A stretch of DNA of 64,000 nucleotides, taken from contig JBBAPZ010000007.1 in assembly GCA_040400605.1 (NCBI GenBank), positions 83,485 to 147,484 of the forward strand. The letters are read 5' to 3'. This DNA comes from Candidatus Sericytochromatia bacterium. Its GTDB lineage: Bacteria; Cyanobacteriota; Sericytochromatia; S15B-MN24; JAQBPE01. A model generated the notes under the pieces. The model worked only from the letters and a program-made list of their open reading frames with translations. It was not told where the DNA came from and did not search any database. This document shows, piece after piece, positions 1 to 10,181 of this stretch (position 1 is the first letter of the stretch; the number at the start of each line of letters is the position of its first letter). The position numbers and the translations under genes are program-made.

Positions 1-25
1 GAACGTTAGATGAAAGGCTCCGTCG

Positions 26-922
26 TTGATTGGTGACCATCCCTTCATTGACTGTCATGCGCTACTGAAAGGCGACGGTTCCAATCCTGCGAGGCATCGT
101 GAGTACCTGAATGAAATCGCTGATTGGGCGGAGCCGCTCACAAGACAGATTGCAACCCACTGCGGCTTACACTTTAAAGACCCCTTCAGTCGGTTGCTTT
201 ATCGTTCGATCCAGCATTATGCCAATCAGGAAATGAGCCGTGTGCTCAACAAGTATCACGTGGGTCTGTTGCTTGAGAGCATGAACGCTCTTAACATTGC
301 ACACACGGTGGTCAGTCCGATCACGCACGTTTACACTGCTGAGGACATTGCCAGGGTCGTCCAGCCGTTTCCAAAACGCTTGAGTATGTTGGTTGTGGCC
401 AATGCGAATGACCAAGAGGCTGTGTCAAAACTAGAGGCGAACCTGAAACGGCATCGACCGGCAGGCGTCAAGCTTCTTCCGGCTGTGACCGAGCGGCTGC
501 AAAATTCCTTCAAGGACCTGTTGGATCTCATCAACGCGCATCAGTTACCGGTTTTCCTGGACGCAGGCGGGTCGCCGACCGACCCGGCCGCCCGAGTGGC
601 GGTGGAGAGTTGGGCACACGTCGTCGCGGCATTTCCCAAGCTCAGCATCACGATCACGCACATGGGTTGGGATCAATACCCGGCGGTGTTGGCGTTTGCG
701 GAAGGGCGTCACCATTTGTCAGTGGAAACATCGTGGCAGCCAGCAACGATCATCCGGCAAGCCGTTGACATGCTAGGCTCTCATCGCGTGTTATTGGGAT
801 CCGCGTTTCCACTGCTGACACAACAAAATGCCATCTTGCACATGCAAAAAGCGCTGACCCCGGCCGAGATCCGCAATGTGGCAGCCCGGAATGCCGCACG
901 ATTGCTTGGCATCGAGCTCTGA
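26..922 (+). CDS. Amidohydrolase family 2 (TIM-barrel) protein with degenerate metal motifs
   Basis: IDCH near N-terminus, GVKL, ITHMG, VETS, RVLLGSAFP and C-terminal NAARLLG are typical of Amidohydro_2; TTG start with AAAGG upstream. Confidence 0.75.
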   Translation: MIGDHPFIDCHALLKGDGSNPARHREYLNEIADWAEPLTRQIATHCGLHFKDPFSRLLYRSIQHYANQEMSRVLNKYHVGLLLESMNALNIAHTVVSPITHVYTAEDIARVVQPFPKRLSMLVVANANDQEAVSKLEANLKRHRPAGVKLLPAVTERLQNSFKDLLDLINAHQLPVFLDAGGSPTDPAARVAVESWAHVVAAFPKLSITITHMGWDQYPAVLAFAEGRHHLSVETSWQPATIIRQAVDMLGSHRVLLGSAFPLLTQQNAILHMQKALTPAEIRNVAARNAARLLGIEL

Positions 923-980
923 TTGCCAAGCGGGCAACACCACGCCGGGTAAATCGTGTGTGCAAAGAGGGCTGTGACGC

Positions 981-1769
981 ATGGTTAGTCTAAAAGAGGC
1001 GCGCTACCAACTCATTAAAAAACTGTTGGGTCCTTTGGTTGCGGACAATCTGTGCGCGACTGAAGCAATTGGTCTTGCCAATTTGCCGAGCCGGGGGCCG
1101 GGGCTCATCGTTTGTAACCATCGAAGCATCCTGGATCCCTTTTTGATATCGGCACGCGCACGTCGTCCAATCCATTGGGTGATGGCACCGTTCGTCAGTT
1201 CCGTCCCGATCTTTGGTTGGCTGGCACAACAGGCAGGCGCCATCCCCATCATTCAAGGCGACGAAGACAAGGCACAGATATTGATCGAATCGATGATCCG
1301 CGTGTTGAAACAAGGGCAACTGGTGGGTATATTCCCGGAAGGAATGGCAGGGTTTGTCCAGTCACGTGGACCATGCGTGGTGCAAGCATTTCGTGGAACA
1401 TTTGTCCGGGCGGTGTTGGGTACTCGAATACCTGAACTTCCGATCATTCCGACGGCCATTTATGCGCCGAGGCAAACTGTGCTCGGTCACGTCGACGGTC
1501 AACTCCTCACCATTTTTGATCGTTCAGAACGTTTGTTTCGCACCCAGAACTTCAATCTGATCGGCTACCAAAAGGCGTTAATCATTTTTGGAAAACCTGA
1601 ATCACTCGACCGATACTACGATCGTGAACAACCAGCACAGACAGAACCACAACCTCATGCTCAAATTGAGCTGGTAAAGACCCTGAGTCAGCATTTCCAT
1701 CATCAAGTCACCCGCTTGCTGCGGCGTGCCGAAGCCCGTTTTGCAGCACATTCCCCTCCCACCACCTGA
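981..1769 (+). CDS. Lysophospholipid / 1-acyl-sn-glycerol-3-phosphate acyltransferase (PlsC family)
   Basis: NHRSILD (HX4D) and IFPEG motifs. Confidence 0.9.
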   Translation: MVSLKEARYQLIKKLLGPLVADNLCATEAIGLANLPSRGPGLIVCNHRSILDPFLISARARRPIHWVMAPFVSSVPIFGWLAQQAGAIPIIQGDEDKAQILIESMIRVLKQGQLVGIFPEGMAGFVQSRGPCVVQAFRGTFVRAVLGTRIPELPIIPTAIYAPRQTVLGHVDGQLLTIFDRSERLFRTQNFNLIGYQKALIIFGKPESLDRYYDREQPAQTEPQPHAQIELVKTLSQHFHHQVTRLLRRAEARFAAHSPPTT

Positions 1770-1814
1770 TATGGGCTTTATCCCTGATCAGCACGACGAC
1801 CCAGGAGCCATTCA

Positions 1815-3638
1815 ATGAACCAAACCATCACAGCGGCCTTTGAAAACAGCGTCAGCAAGCATGCCTCACGGCTTGCGCTACAACACAAAACGCACTCAGG
1901 ATGGCAAACGATGAGTTACGCTGAGTTTGGTGCCGCGCGCCAAAGCTTTGCATCGGCGTTGCTTGAACTAGGCACAGGCTTTGGTGATCGCGTCGCACTC
2001 CTGTCGGAAAATCGTCCCGAGTGGGTGATTGCAGACCAAGGCATTTTAATGGCGGGTTGCGCAACCGTTCCAGTCTACCCAACACTGACGGGACCGCAGT
2101 GCGCCTATGTCATCAATGATTCTGGCGCACGCATCCTGGTGCTCTCAAACGCCGCTCATCTCGAAAAAATTGCAGCCGTACGCTCCCAGTTGCCGAATGT
2201 CAACCATATCATTGTGATGGATTCCATCTCTTCGGCCGTGACGGATTCGACGATTTCTCAATTCCAGGACATTTTGAGCCTCGGTGAACGGGCTCGGCAA
2301 CAACGCGCCCAAGAGCTTGCTGAACGCGGCCATCGGATCGAGGCGACAACCCTTGCCAGCATCGTTTACACATCAGGCACCACGGGTGATCCCAAAGGCG
2401 CCATGCTGACACACGGCAATTTTTATAGCAACTTCTCCGAAGCATTGATTGTGATGGGCTTGCGTGAAACAGACAGTGCGCTTTCCTTCCTACCCTTGTC
2501 TCACGTTCTCGAACGCACAGCCTACTATGCACTGACAAGTGTTGGTGCAAAGATCAGTTTTGCTGAGGGTATTGATGCCGTTGCGCGCAACCTGGAAGAA
2601 ATCAAGCCAACGCTGTTCGTCTCCGTGCCAAGATTGTTCGAGAAAATAAGGGCCCGGATTCTGGACCGCATTGCCCACGAATCGCCCATCAAGCAGGCTA
2701 TTTTTAACTGGGCTTTGGAAACCGCCAGAAGGTTTGAGTCTGCGCGGGCCGTCAAGCAGCCTGTTAACTTCCTGCTCGCACTGCAGCACAACCTTGCTGA
2801 TCGACTCGTATTCCAGACGATTCGTGAACGAACGGGCGGTCGTCTGCGTCTGGCAGTTTCGGGCGGCGCGCCACTTTCTGCGGTCGTTGGCGAGTTTTTC
2901 GCGCAAATCGGGATTCCCATCATTGAAGGTTACGGATTAACCGAGACGAGTCCCATTGTTGCGCTCAATCATCCGGAGGACATACGATACGGAACGGTTG
3001 GCAAGGCACTTCACGGAGTTGAAGTACGACTTGCCGATGATGGCGAATTACTGGTGCGTGGGCCAAATGTCATGGCTGGATATTGGAACAAACCGGAAGC
3101 AACCGCCCAGGCCATCACACCAGAGGGCTGGTTCTTGACTGGTGACATTGCGACCATCGATCAAGATGGCCGCATCTGCATCGTCGACCGTAAAAAAGAA
3201 ATCATCGTGATGTCAAATGGCAAAAATGTGGCACCTCAACCGGTCGAGAATGCGCTAAAAGGTGACATACTCGTCGAACAAGCGATGCTGATTGGCGATC
3301 AGAGAAATTTTATCTCGGCCCTGATCGTTCCCAATTTTGATGCTTTGAATGACTACGCTAAGTCGCAAGCCCTTCCGACTTCCGACCGTGCGGTCTTACT
3401 GTCGCACCCGCAAGTCCAGGCGCTGTTCGCTGCGATCGTCAAAAAAGTGAATCCAAACTTCGCGGCATTCGAACAAATCAAACAATTTACGTTGTTACCC
3501 CGCGCATTTGCAATTGAGGACAACGAATTGACACCAACGCTGAAGCTCAAACGCCGCATCATTTGCCAGAATTTTCAAGCGGAAATCGATGCCATGTACA
3601 CGCGTAGCGAGGATGGTGCCAAGGTTCGCCCTGCTTAA
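1815..3638 (+). CDS. Long-chain fatty acid-CoA ligase (AMP-dependent synthetase)
   Basis: YTSGTTGDPKG, EGYGLTET, TGD, DRKK, LTPTLKLKR motifs; AGGAG SD. Confidence 0.93.
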   Translation: MNQTITAAFENSVSKHASRLALQHKTHSGWQTMSYAEFGAARQSFASALLELGTGFGDRVALLSENRPEWVIADQGILMAGCATVPVYPTLTGPQCAYVINDSGARILVLSNAAHLEKIAAVRSQLPNVNHIIVMDSISSAVTDSTISQFQDILSLGERARQQRAQELAERGHRIEATTLASIVYTSGTTGDPKGAMLTHGNFYSNFSEALIVMGLRETDSALSFLPLSHVLERTAYYALTSVGAKISFAEGIDAVARNLEEIKPTLFVSVPRLFEKIRARILDRIAHESPIKQAIFNWALETARRFESARAVKQPVNFLLALQHNLADRLVFQTIRERTGGRLRLAVSGGAPLSAVVGEFFAQIGIPIIEGYGLTETSPIVALNHPEDIRYGTVGKALHGVEVRLADDGELLVRGPNVMAGYWNKPEATAQAITPEGWFLTGDIATIDQDGRICIVDRKKEIIVMSNGKNVAPQPVENALKGDILVEQAMLIGDQRNFISALIVPNFDALNDYAKSQALPTSDRAVLLSHPQVQALFAAIVKKVNPNFAAFEQIKQFTLLPRAFAIEDNELTPTLKLKRRIICQNFQAEIDAMYTRSEDGAKVRPA

Positions 3639-3646
3639 GACCCCCA

Positions 3647-3676
3647 CGCGGGACGATCAGACCTTGTCGTCCCGTG
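3647..3676 (+). terminator. Stem-loop after the acyl-CoA ligase gene, possible terminator
   Basis: CGGGACGA (3649-3656) / TCGTCCCG (3667-3674) inverted repeat; weak U tail. Confidence 0.45.
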
Positions 3677-4039
3677 AGTTTGCTCATTGACGATGACAAC
3701 GCTGTGAAATGCGCACTGCACTCACAGCAGTTCGCACCTTTTTGCTAATGGTTTAAAAAGTGGCTTCCTGACAAAGTCTGCGACACGTGACTAAAGTCGT
3801 GCGCTCATTTTTTGTTTACAAAATCTGACACCTAACCACTCGCATGGTTATTGGAAAAAACTCTCACCCATGATCTATCGCCTAGTCACAGACGGCGACA
3901 GCACGACGCGGCCGGCGCCCCATCCAAAACGCAGTGATTGGTCATCAGATTTCAGGCTGGCAATGAATCAAAATCCGTAACTTCTGGCTGCTTTGCATCC
4001 GCCACACAAGTTTTTGACAACAAATCGACGGGCGACGGA

Positions 4040-5095
4040 TTAGCGAGCGACATCCATTGTACGGGGATTATCCGAGGACTGGGTGCCCCCGGTGTCGTTA
4101 CCCCTTAGCAGGGTTCCAAGTCCAAGATGTTCACGAAGCAAAAACATCAATCCCAAAAGAGTAACTGGAATGTTTTCTGCAACATTCAACACCAAGCCAA
4201 AGGCCAGGCCCGTTTCGTGTGCCACGCCAAACCACCCCAAAGCCGTAATGCAAAACGCCTGAAACGTGCCAATGTACCCAGGCGCCGATGGGGCAATACT
4301 GCCAAGATTCACAATCACCATCGTGACAAGAAACGCATCGAAACCAAGTTGCATATTAAATGCGGCACCGGCCAGATAATAAGTGGTCGCCTCAATCAAC
4401 CACACGATGAGTGACGCTGCGAAAACAAACAAAAGACGTCGAACGCTACGCAAGCATGCAACGCCGTCAACAAAGGCTTCAAGTATTCCCACGAGGCGTT
4501 GCGCCAATACAGGTGAAGCCAAGGCACCGATGAGCCGCCGTAGATGCTCCGCGACTTGGGGCGCATACTCGAGGACAATGACAAAACCAAATGCGCCAAC
4601 GAATACGACACCCGCCAAAACACCCGTTACCAAAACCCAGTCAGGAAAGGGTTGAGCACGGGACAAACAATTCGTGGCATACAACAGCATCAAACCACCC
4701 AACATCGCCAACAGGGATAAGCCATCGAAGATGCGCTCGATAAAAATCGTCGCAAGCGTGGTGGATTTGCGCACGCCAGCCTTGTGACTTAACACATAGG
4801 CGCGAACAAATTCACCAAGCCGGGCTGGCAATAAATTATTGGCCATGTAGCCGATGAAAATCACCGAAAACAATCGCCAGTAGGCGATGGGCTGAGCCGG
4901 GTTCAACAAGACCTGCCATCTGAGGGTGCGAACGAAAAACGTCAAGAAGAACACCGCGATTGCACAACCCAGATAAAATGGTTGCAACTGCTGCAGCGCC
5001 TGTCCTAAACGCTCCCAATCGACTTTTCGAAAGACCAGCCACAGGCACACCGCGGAAATCAAAATGCCAATGATGTTGCTTTTCTTACCAAACAA
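4040..5095 (-). CDS. Lysylphosphatidylglycerol synthase TM-domain (UPF0104 / flippase-like) protein
   Basis: RTLRW, NNLLPARLGEFVRAY, ERIFD, PSAPGYIGTF motifs; multiple TM helices. Confidence 0.88.
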   Translation of the reverse strand: MFGKKSNIIGILISAVCLWLVFRKVDWERLGQALQQLQPFYLGCAIAVFFLTFFVRTLRWQVLLNPAQPIAYWRLFSVIFIGYMANNLLPARLGEFVRAYVLSHKAGVRKSTTLATIFIERIFDGLSLLAMLGGLMLLYATNCLSRAQPFPDWVLVTGVLAGVVFVGAFGFVIVLEYAPQVAEHLRRLIGALASPVLAQRLVGILEAFVDGVACLRSVRRLLFVFAASLIVWLIEATTYYLAGAAFNMQLGFDAFLVTMVIVNLGSIAPSAPGYIGTFQAFCITALGWFGVAHETGLAFGLVLNVAENIPVTLLGLMFLLREHLGLGTLLRGNDTGGTQSSDNPRTMDVAR

Positions 5096-5172
5096 GACCC
5101 TACCTCAGCGGACCAGAACGTATCTGCTGGCCCAATCGTACCACGCTGAAGCTGAAACCCGAGTGTTTCCCT

Positions 5173-5814
5173 TCACGAGACCACCTTGTAAGTGTAGTGG
5201 GCAGCGATCGCACGACGCAAACCATCCCGTAAATCCGCAAGCGCTTGTGCCGTCAGATCAGTCAGCCGCGTATCGTCTGACCGATTCAAAATCTGTGCTG
5301 GCGGTGGCAGTGGATCACTCCCTGGCCACGGAACCACGACGGTTTGTGACTCCTCACGAGTCCCGAGGAACGCCTTACTCCAAATCGGCTGCCCGTGTTC
5401 GTCAACCAAGCGCAGCACCACCGACAAAGTCACGCGATGGGTGTAATCCACCTCCCAAACATCCTGGTCTCCGAGCACAGCACCCGTCGCCGGGCGACGC
5501 ACACGCCGCGGCGCGCCAGGAATCGCTGAACGAACATATTCCGTTACCGCGCCTGCCAGGGTCACCGCGGCATTCTCATCAACCACGACCCGTTCCTGAA
5601 CCACCGCGAGTCGAACAATCTCACGCAACTGGTCAGCCAACAGCCACGCCTGCGCAGGCCCCTCAAACGCAGGCAAACAAACACGGGCAATCGTCGCGCG
5701 CTCCCAAGGGGCATCTGCCGACTCCAAAACCAGTTCACGGGTCGAACAACCCAACGTGACAACTGACAAGAGGCCCAGGGTCCAAATTAGATAGACCAAC
5801 CTCACAAACCCCAT
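5173..5814 (-). CDS. Hypothetical lipoprotein (possible CsgG/LpoB/DUF799-like fold)
   Basis: Hydrophobic signal with TLGC lipobox; G-x-V-x-x-Y and V-x-LRLVD...G-x-x-IW pattern; overlaps upstream gene. Confidence 0.6.
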   Translation of the reverse strand: MGFVRLVYLIWTLGLLSVVTLGCSTRELVLESADAPWERATIARVCLPAFEGPAQAWLLADQLREIVRLAVVQERVVVDENAAVTLAGAVTEYVRSAIPGAPRRVRRPATGAVLGDQDVWEVDYTHRVTLSVVLRLVDEHGQPIWSKAFLGTREESQTVVVPWPGSDPLPPPAQILNRSDDTRLTDLTAQALADLRDGLRRAIAAHYTYKVVS

Positions 5815-6458
5815 CGCAAGACAGCCTCCCGCTCCTTGCCAGCCGTTCGCACCGGCAGTAAAACATCAACCGAATGCGGCGATAACAGCGCGTCCATCGA
5901 TGGCTGCACGGTCGATGGCAGCGCAAGGCATCCCGTGATGCGCCCCCCACCACGCAGCACCTGATCATCAAGCACATTCGTATCAATCCAGGTAAGCGCA
6001 CACTCGCTATCATAACGCTCATCAGCACCGACGGCCTCGACTGTCAGCCAACGGTTCCGCAAATGACGCGGTCCAAGCAAAGAATGGCGCTTCGTCTGGT
6101 CATCGTTGACAATGACCGCTGCACGACTAAACAGCACAATTGCCTCGCCCTGTCCCTCGTGCAGCAGATCGAGTTCAACAAGCATGACGTCAGGCCCGCA
6201 CGGTCTCACGCACCGAATGACCCACCAGTCCAGCCATGTGACGGTGGGTATCCGCGGCGTTTGTCCCACCCAACGCGCACGCACCCGCACTTCTCCGACC
6301 GACGTGCTCACCTCGGGATTCCGCATACGGCGATCCCGACCCTGAAACGCCGGGTCCGTCGTGCGCAGCCAAAAGCAGCCCTGCAGCACGACACTCACCA
6401 GCGTGCCGATGCTCACACGAAGTGTTCGTTGGCCGCTAACCCCCATCATGCGCAGCAT
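5802..6458 (-). CDS. Hypothetical lipoprotein
   Basis: Basic N-terminus, hydrophobic stretch, LQGC lipobox; overlaps the next gene; start uncertain. Confidence 0.55.
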   Translation of the reverse strand: MLRMMGVSGQRTLRVSIGTLVSVVLQGCFWLRTTDPAFQGRDRRMRNPEVSTSVGEVRVRARWVGQTPRIPTVTWLDWWVIRCVRPCGPDVMLVELDLLHEGQGEAIVLFSRAAVIVNDDQTKRHSLLGPRHLRNRWLTVEAVGADERYDSECALTWIDTNVLDDQVLRGGGRITGCLALPSTVQPSMDALLSPHSVDVLLPVRTAGKEREAVLRWGL

Positions 6459-6732
6459 CTTAACATGAACTGGCTCCCTTCAGTCATCTGATGCAGCGCC
6501 ATACCGGATTGAAGGCCAAGCACCAAAACAAAAAGCGTTTCCATTTGCTGAATTTCTGACGCTTGCGAACTGATTCGTTCTGAATAAAAGGGAAACCTGC
6601 GTGTTGGTAACACACAGACCATCTTGACCGTGGGTTAAAAAACGATGCCGTTCAGGCCGTTGATCATCCATCATCTTTTGGCTGGACCCACACACCGACG
6701 GTATGGTAAAAAATTCACACAAGGGGGAGTTT

Positions 6733-7320
6733 GTGAGGCGCGCGGCAGTTTTTCTGGATCGGGACGGCACGATCAATGTCGAAGCGGGGTACATTCGTGA
6801 CCTGCAAGACCTTTCATTGATGCCGGGTGCGGGGCAAGCGGTCAAGCGCCTGAATGATGCAGGGATTCCGGTGATCCTCGCAACCAATCAATCAGGGCCG
6901 GCCCGCGGTTATTATCCGGAATCGTGGATTCATACCCTCCATGACAGTCTTTCAGCACTTTTGCATCAGTGCGGCGCGCACTTGGATGCTGTGTACTATT
7001 GCCCCCATCTGCCCGACGGTACCGTTCCTGAATACAGTCTGGCGTGTCAATGTCGCAAGCCCGAGCCAGGCATGCTGAATGAAGCCGCGCAACGGCATGG
7101 GCTCAATCTAGCCGAGTCATACATGGTGGGAGACAAGTCGACGGATGTCGAAGTGGGCCAACGTGTTGGGTCGAAAACAATTTTGTTGCGCTCAGGCTAT
7201 GGTGAACGTGTGCTGAGCGGGGAGTATCAATGGAAGGTTACGCCCGATTTCGTCGCGCCGACGCTGGTAGAGGCGGTTGATTGGATCCTCGCCGACTTAG
7301 CCCTGAAATCGCTTGATTAA
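6733..7320 (+). CDS. gmhB: D-glycero-D-manno-heptose 1,7-bisphosphate phosphatase (HAD IIIA)
   Basis: FLDRDGT, TNQSG, CPH, CxCRKPxPGM, VGDK motifs; GTG at 6733 with GGGGAG SD. Confidence 0.85.
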   Translation: MRRAAVFLDRDGTINVEAGYIRDLQDLSLMPGAGQAVKRLNDAGIPVILATNQSGPARGYYPESWIHTLHDSLSALLHQCGAHLDAVYYCPHLPDGTVPEYSLACQCRKPEPGMLNEAAQRHGLNLAESYMVGDKSTDVEVGQRVGSKTILLRSGYGERVLSGEYQWKVTPDFVAPTLVEAVDWILADLALKSLD

Positions 7321-7322
7321 TT

Positions 7323-8891
7323 GTGACTGGCAGAAGTATTTTTGGCATCGCTTCGCTCATCGCGGCGGTCACACTCTTGGCAAAGGGTGTCGGATTTGGA
7401 CGGGAACTCGTGGTGGCCGCCTTTTTTGGGGCAGGTCCCGTCAAAGATGCCTACACCCTGGCATACATCCTACCTGCATTCTCGTTGGTGATGCTAGGGG
7501 GATTAACGGGGCCCTTCCATACGACCACGCAAAAAATGATTGTGAACCTCAAACAGCAAGGTTATGCAGATGCGGCGATCAAAAGTCACGTTGCTTCCCT
7601 TCTGCTTGGCGTCACGGTGCTTTTAGGATTGTTCACCGGACTTTGTTTTGCCCTCGCACCCGGTCTGCTTGCCCTCATCGCGCCTGATGCAACCCCTGCG
7701 GTCGTGGACCTGGCCATCGCGCAGTTGCGCTGGATGAGTCCGCTCATCCTGCTTGGCGGTATCATCGGAGTCCTGTGCGGAATCAGTAACGAGCAAAATG
7801 ATTTCATGACACCGAGCCTCTCGCCATTGGTTGCAAGTGTCGCGGTCATATTGGTCACCCTGTTTTTGGCGCCAGACCCAATGGCACTGGCATGGGGCAC
7901 AAGCCTTGGTGCACTCGGACAACTCGCAATCCAACTGCCTGCAGCGCGGCGTTTTTTCAGCGGCACACGACCATCAATCACATTGTGGAATCCGCAAGTT
8001 CAACAAGCGTGGCAATTGCTTGGCCCTGCGGCGCTAGGTTCGACGATTGGCACCCTGCACGTCATTGTTGGCACGCGTTTCGCCGCGAGCCTCAACGCCG
8101 GTTCAATCAGCGTGTTTGATTACGCCAACAAACTGATCCAGTTGCCACTTGGGATCCTCATGACGGCATTGCTGATCCCTTTGTTTCCCAAATTGGCAGC
8201 CGCGGCATCGGCGCACGATCATGCGGATTTGTCGCGCTGGTTGCAACGGGGCATCGCTACCATCCTTGTTTTGACGATCCCGCTTGTCGCGTTGTTGGTT
8301 GCAGCCAGTCCATCCATTGTGCACTGCATTTTTGAACGTGGTGCATTTGACCACACAGCGACTGAACAGACAGCGTGGATCCTGACCATCTGTGCATGTG
8401 GAATTGTGCCTTATGCACTGCGAGACTTGCTGGTTCGAGCCTTTTACGCATTGAATGACGGGAGTGTGCCCCTTTGGACCAGCGCCGCATCCATACCCGT
8501 TGCCGTTGGTTTGATGGCGGTCGCAACCCCAGTTTGGGGATTGTCTGGACTCGCGGTGGCGACGGTCAGCGTCACGGGGCTCAACGCATTGATCCTGACA
8601 ATCCTGTTAAAACGAAAAATCCGCGGTTGGACAAGAAAGCCGGCCCTGACAACCCTTTTGAAAGCTGGTGCGGCCGGGTTGGTTGCCACGGTGAGCGCCT
8701 ATGGGATACAGCACCAACTGCTTCCGCCAGCCGATACATTCTGGAAGCACCTGTTGCAGGTTGGTGTTTGCGGTTTTGCGATCGCCACCATCTATCCCGG
8801 CTTGCTCTGGGTGCTAAAAGTCTCGGTAACAACAGATCTCGTGCCGTCGGGTCGACTCAAGCACTTCTTGAAGCGCACCACACAGAATTAG
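7323..8891 (+). CDS. murJ: Lipid II flippase MurJ (MviN)
   Basis: GFGRELVVAAFFGAG, DAY, YANKLIQLPLG, FERGAF, RAFYAL motifs. Confidence 0.92.
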   Translation: MTGRSIFGIASLIAAVTLLAKGVGFGRELVVAAFFGAGPVKDAYTLAYILPAFSLVMLGGLTGPFHTTTQKMIVNLKQQGYADAAIKSHVASLLLGVTVLLGLFTGLCFALAPGLLALIAPDATPAVVDLAIAQLRWMSPLILLGGIIGVLCGISNEQNDFMTPSLSPLVASVAVILVTLFLAPDPMALAWGTSLGALGQLAIQLPAARRFFSGTRPSITLWNPQVQQAWQLLGPAALGSTIGTLHVIVGTRFAASLNAGSISVFDYANKLIQLPLGILMTALLIPLFPKLAAAASAHDHADLSRWLQRGIATILVLTIPLVALLVAASPSIVHCIFERGAFDHTATEQTAWILTICACGIVPYALRDLLVRAFYALNDGSVPLWTSAASIPVAVGLMAVATPVWGLSGLAVATVSVTGLNALILTILLKRKIRGWTRKPALTTLLKAGAAGLVATVSAYGIQHQLLPPADTFWKHLLQVGVCGFAIATIYPGLLWVLKVSVTTDLVPSGRLKHFLKRTTQN

Positions 8892-9052
8892 AGCGTGTCC
8901 TGACGCATCAATCAGGCGATTCCCCGGAAGTCCGCGGGCCTGACGCCAAAAGACGTCGTCGTCCCGCTCAAGAACTACAGGGGAGCCCACTCTTGGCGTC
9001 AGGACACAGTGGCGTCACAGCCCGCCCGGACTCACTGCCTGATTGATAGAGC
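8889..9052. repeat. Nested palindromic element (MITE/REP-like or structured RNA)
   Basis: Inverted repeats GTGTCCTGACGC (8895-8906)/(8996-9007), ATCAATCAGGC (8907-8917)/(9037-9047), CCTGACGCCAA (8939-8949)/(8993-9003); flanked by TAGAGC direct repeats (8889-8894, 9047-9052). Confidence 0.55.
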
Positions 9053-9215
9053 ACCGCACAATCGAGGGGCTCAAGCCCCATTGCACCATCGTTGTAAGGG
9101 CTTTTAGACGTTATCTCGATGCACTGAAAAAGACGTGACGGAGAAGGCAACCTATGCCATTTTGGATGAGACTGCGGTACAATGAGCTTATTCGTTCAGC
9201 CTTCAGAAGTGAGGA

Positions 9216-10079
9216 ATGCGGGTGTCCACAGGCATTTTACTTGAAGGCAACCTGGCCTCGGTCAGTCTGCCAAATCTGCTTCAACTCATTACGCTCGAAC
9301 AAAAAACGGCGGTTCTGACATTGAACCGAGTCGAAATCGGTCAAGATGCGGAAATTTATTTTCGTCGAGGAGAGGCGGTTGCCGCCTTTGTCAATCAGGT
9401 TGATGGAAACCTGGCGATGTGTCGCATACTCGGGTGGTGGACAGCTGGTACCTTCAAATTGATTCAGATTGGTCCGGACGAAATCCCTGAACCCAATATT
9501 ACCGCCCGCCTGGACTATCTCTTGCTTGAAGGGATGCGACAAATAGATGCCACAGCGGAGTTAAGAAATCTGCTACCTCAGATCACCAGTTCAGTAAGTT
9601 TCACGCAAGCCGCTTTGCAAGCTTTCTCGTGGGACATCAGCGAGCCGGCGGAGTGGATACCCCATGATTTGCGAGAGTTGCCAAAATCGTTTTCTGTCGC
9701 TCAACTGCATCAATTTAGCCGTCGTGACGAACTGTCACAAGCGCGTTTGATGCGTATGTTGCTTGCGACACAAGCGTTGCGGCTGAACACCGGTCTGAAC
9801 ACTGAAACATACGATGGCTTGGTTGAAACCGGCATGGATGGTTCGCGCTACGAAGCCTTTGCTCATGTGCTGATGGAGTTTATCGGTTACGAGCATGCGT
9901 ATCGACACCTCGACAATGCCATCACCGATATGGGTGCCGTAGACCTGGAAGCGTTCACGTTTACCCAACTCCTGGACTTATGCGATCGGATCACCGGCAA
10001 TCTTCGATCGCTGCTCGATCGCAAACAACAGCTCGAGATCTCGCGGAGACTGCGTGCACGTGCCACCAGTCTCCTTTAA
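9216..10079 (+). CDS. DUF4388 (PatA-N-like) domain protein
   Basis: LEGNLASVSLPNLLQLITLEQKTAVL...IYFRRGE...W..GTF...LLLEGMRQID is the DUF4388 pattern. Confidence 0.8.
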   Translation: MRVSTGILLEGNLASVSLPNLLQLITLEQKTAVLTLNRVEIGQDAEIYFRRGEAVAAFVNQVDGNLAMCRILGWWTAGTFKLIQIGPDEIPEPNITARLDYLLLEGMRQIDATAELRNLLPQITSSVSFTQAALQAFSWDISEPAEWIPHDLRELPKSFSVAQLHQFSRRDELSQARLMRMLLATQALRLNTGLNTETYDGLVETGMDGSRYEAFAHVLMEFIGYEHAYRHLDNAITDMGAVDLEAFTFTQLLDLCDRITGNLRSLLDRKQQLEISRRLRARATSLL

Positions 10080-10181
10080 GTTCAAAGGAACCCACATCCG
10101 TGTCGGGCACGGTGAACCACTGTGGAACCAAACATTCTAACAGTCAGTTGTCTTTGGTTTGAGACAGAAAGGACGTCATCC

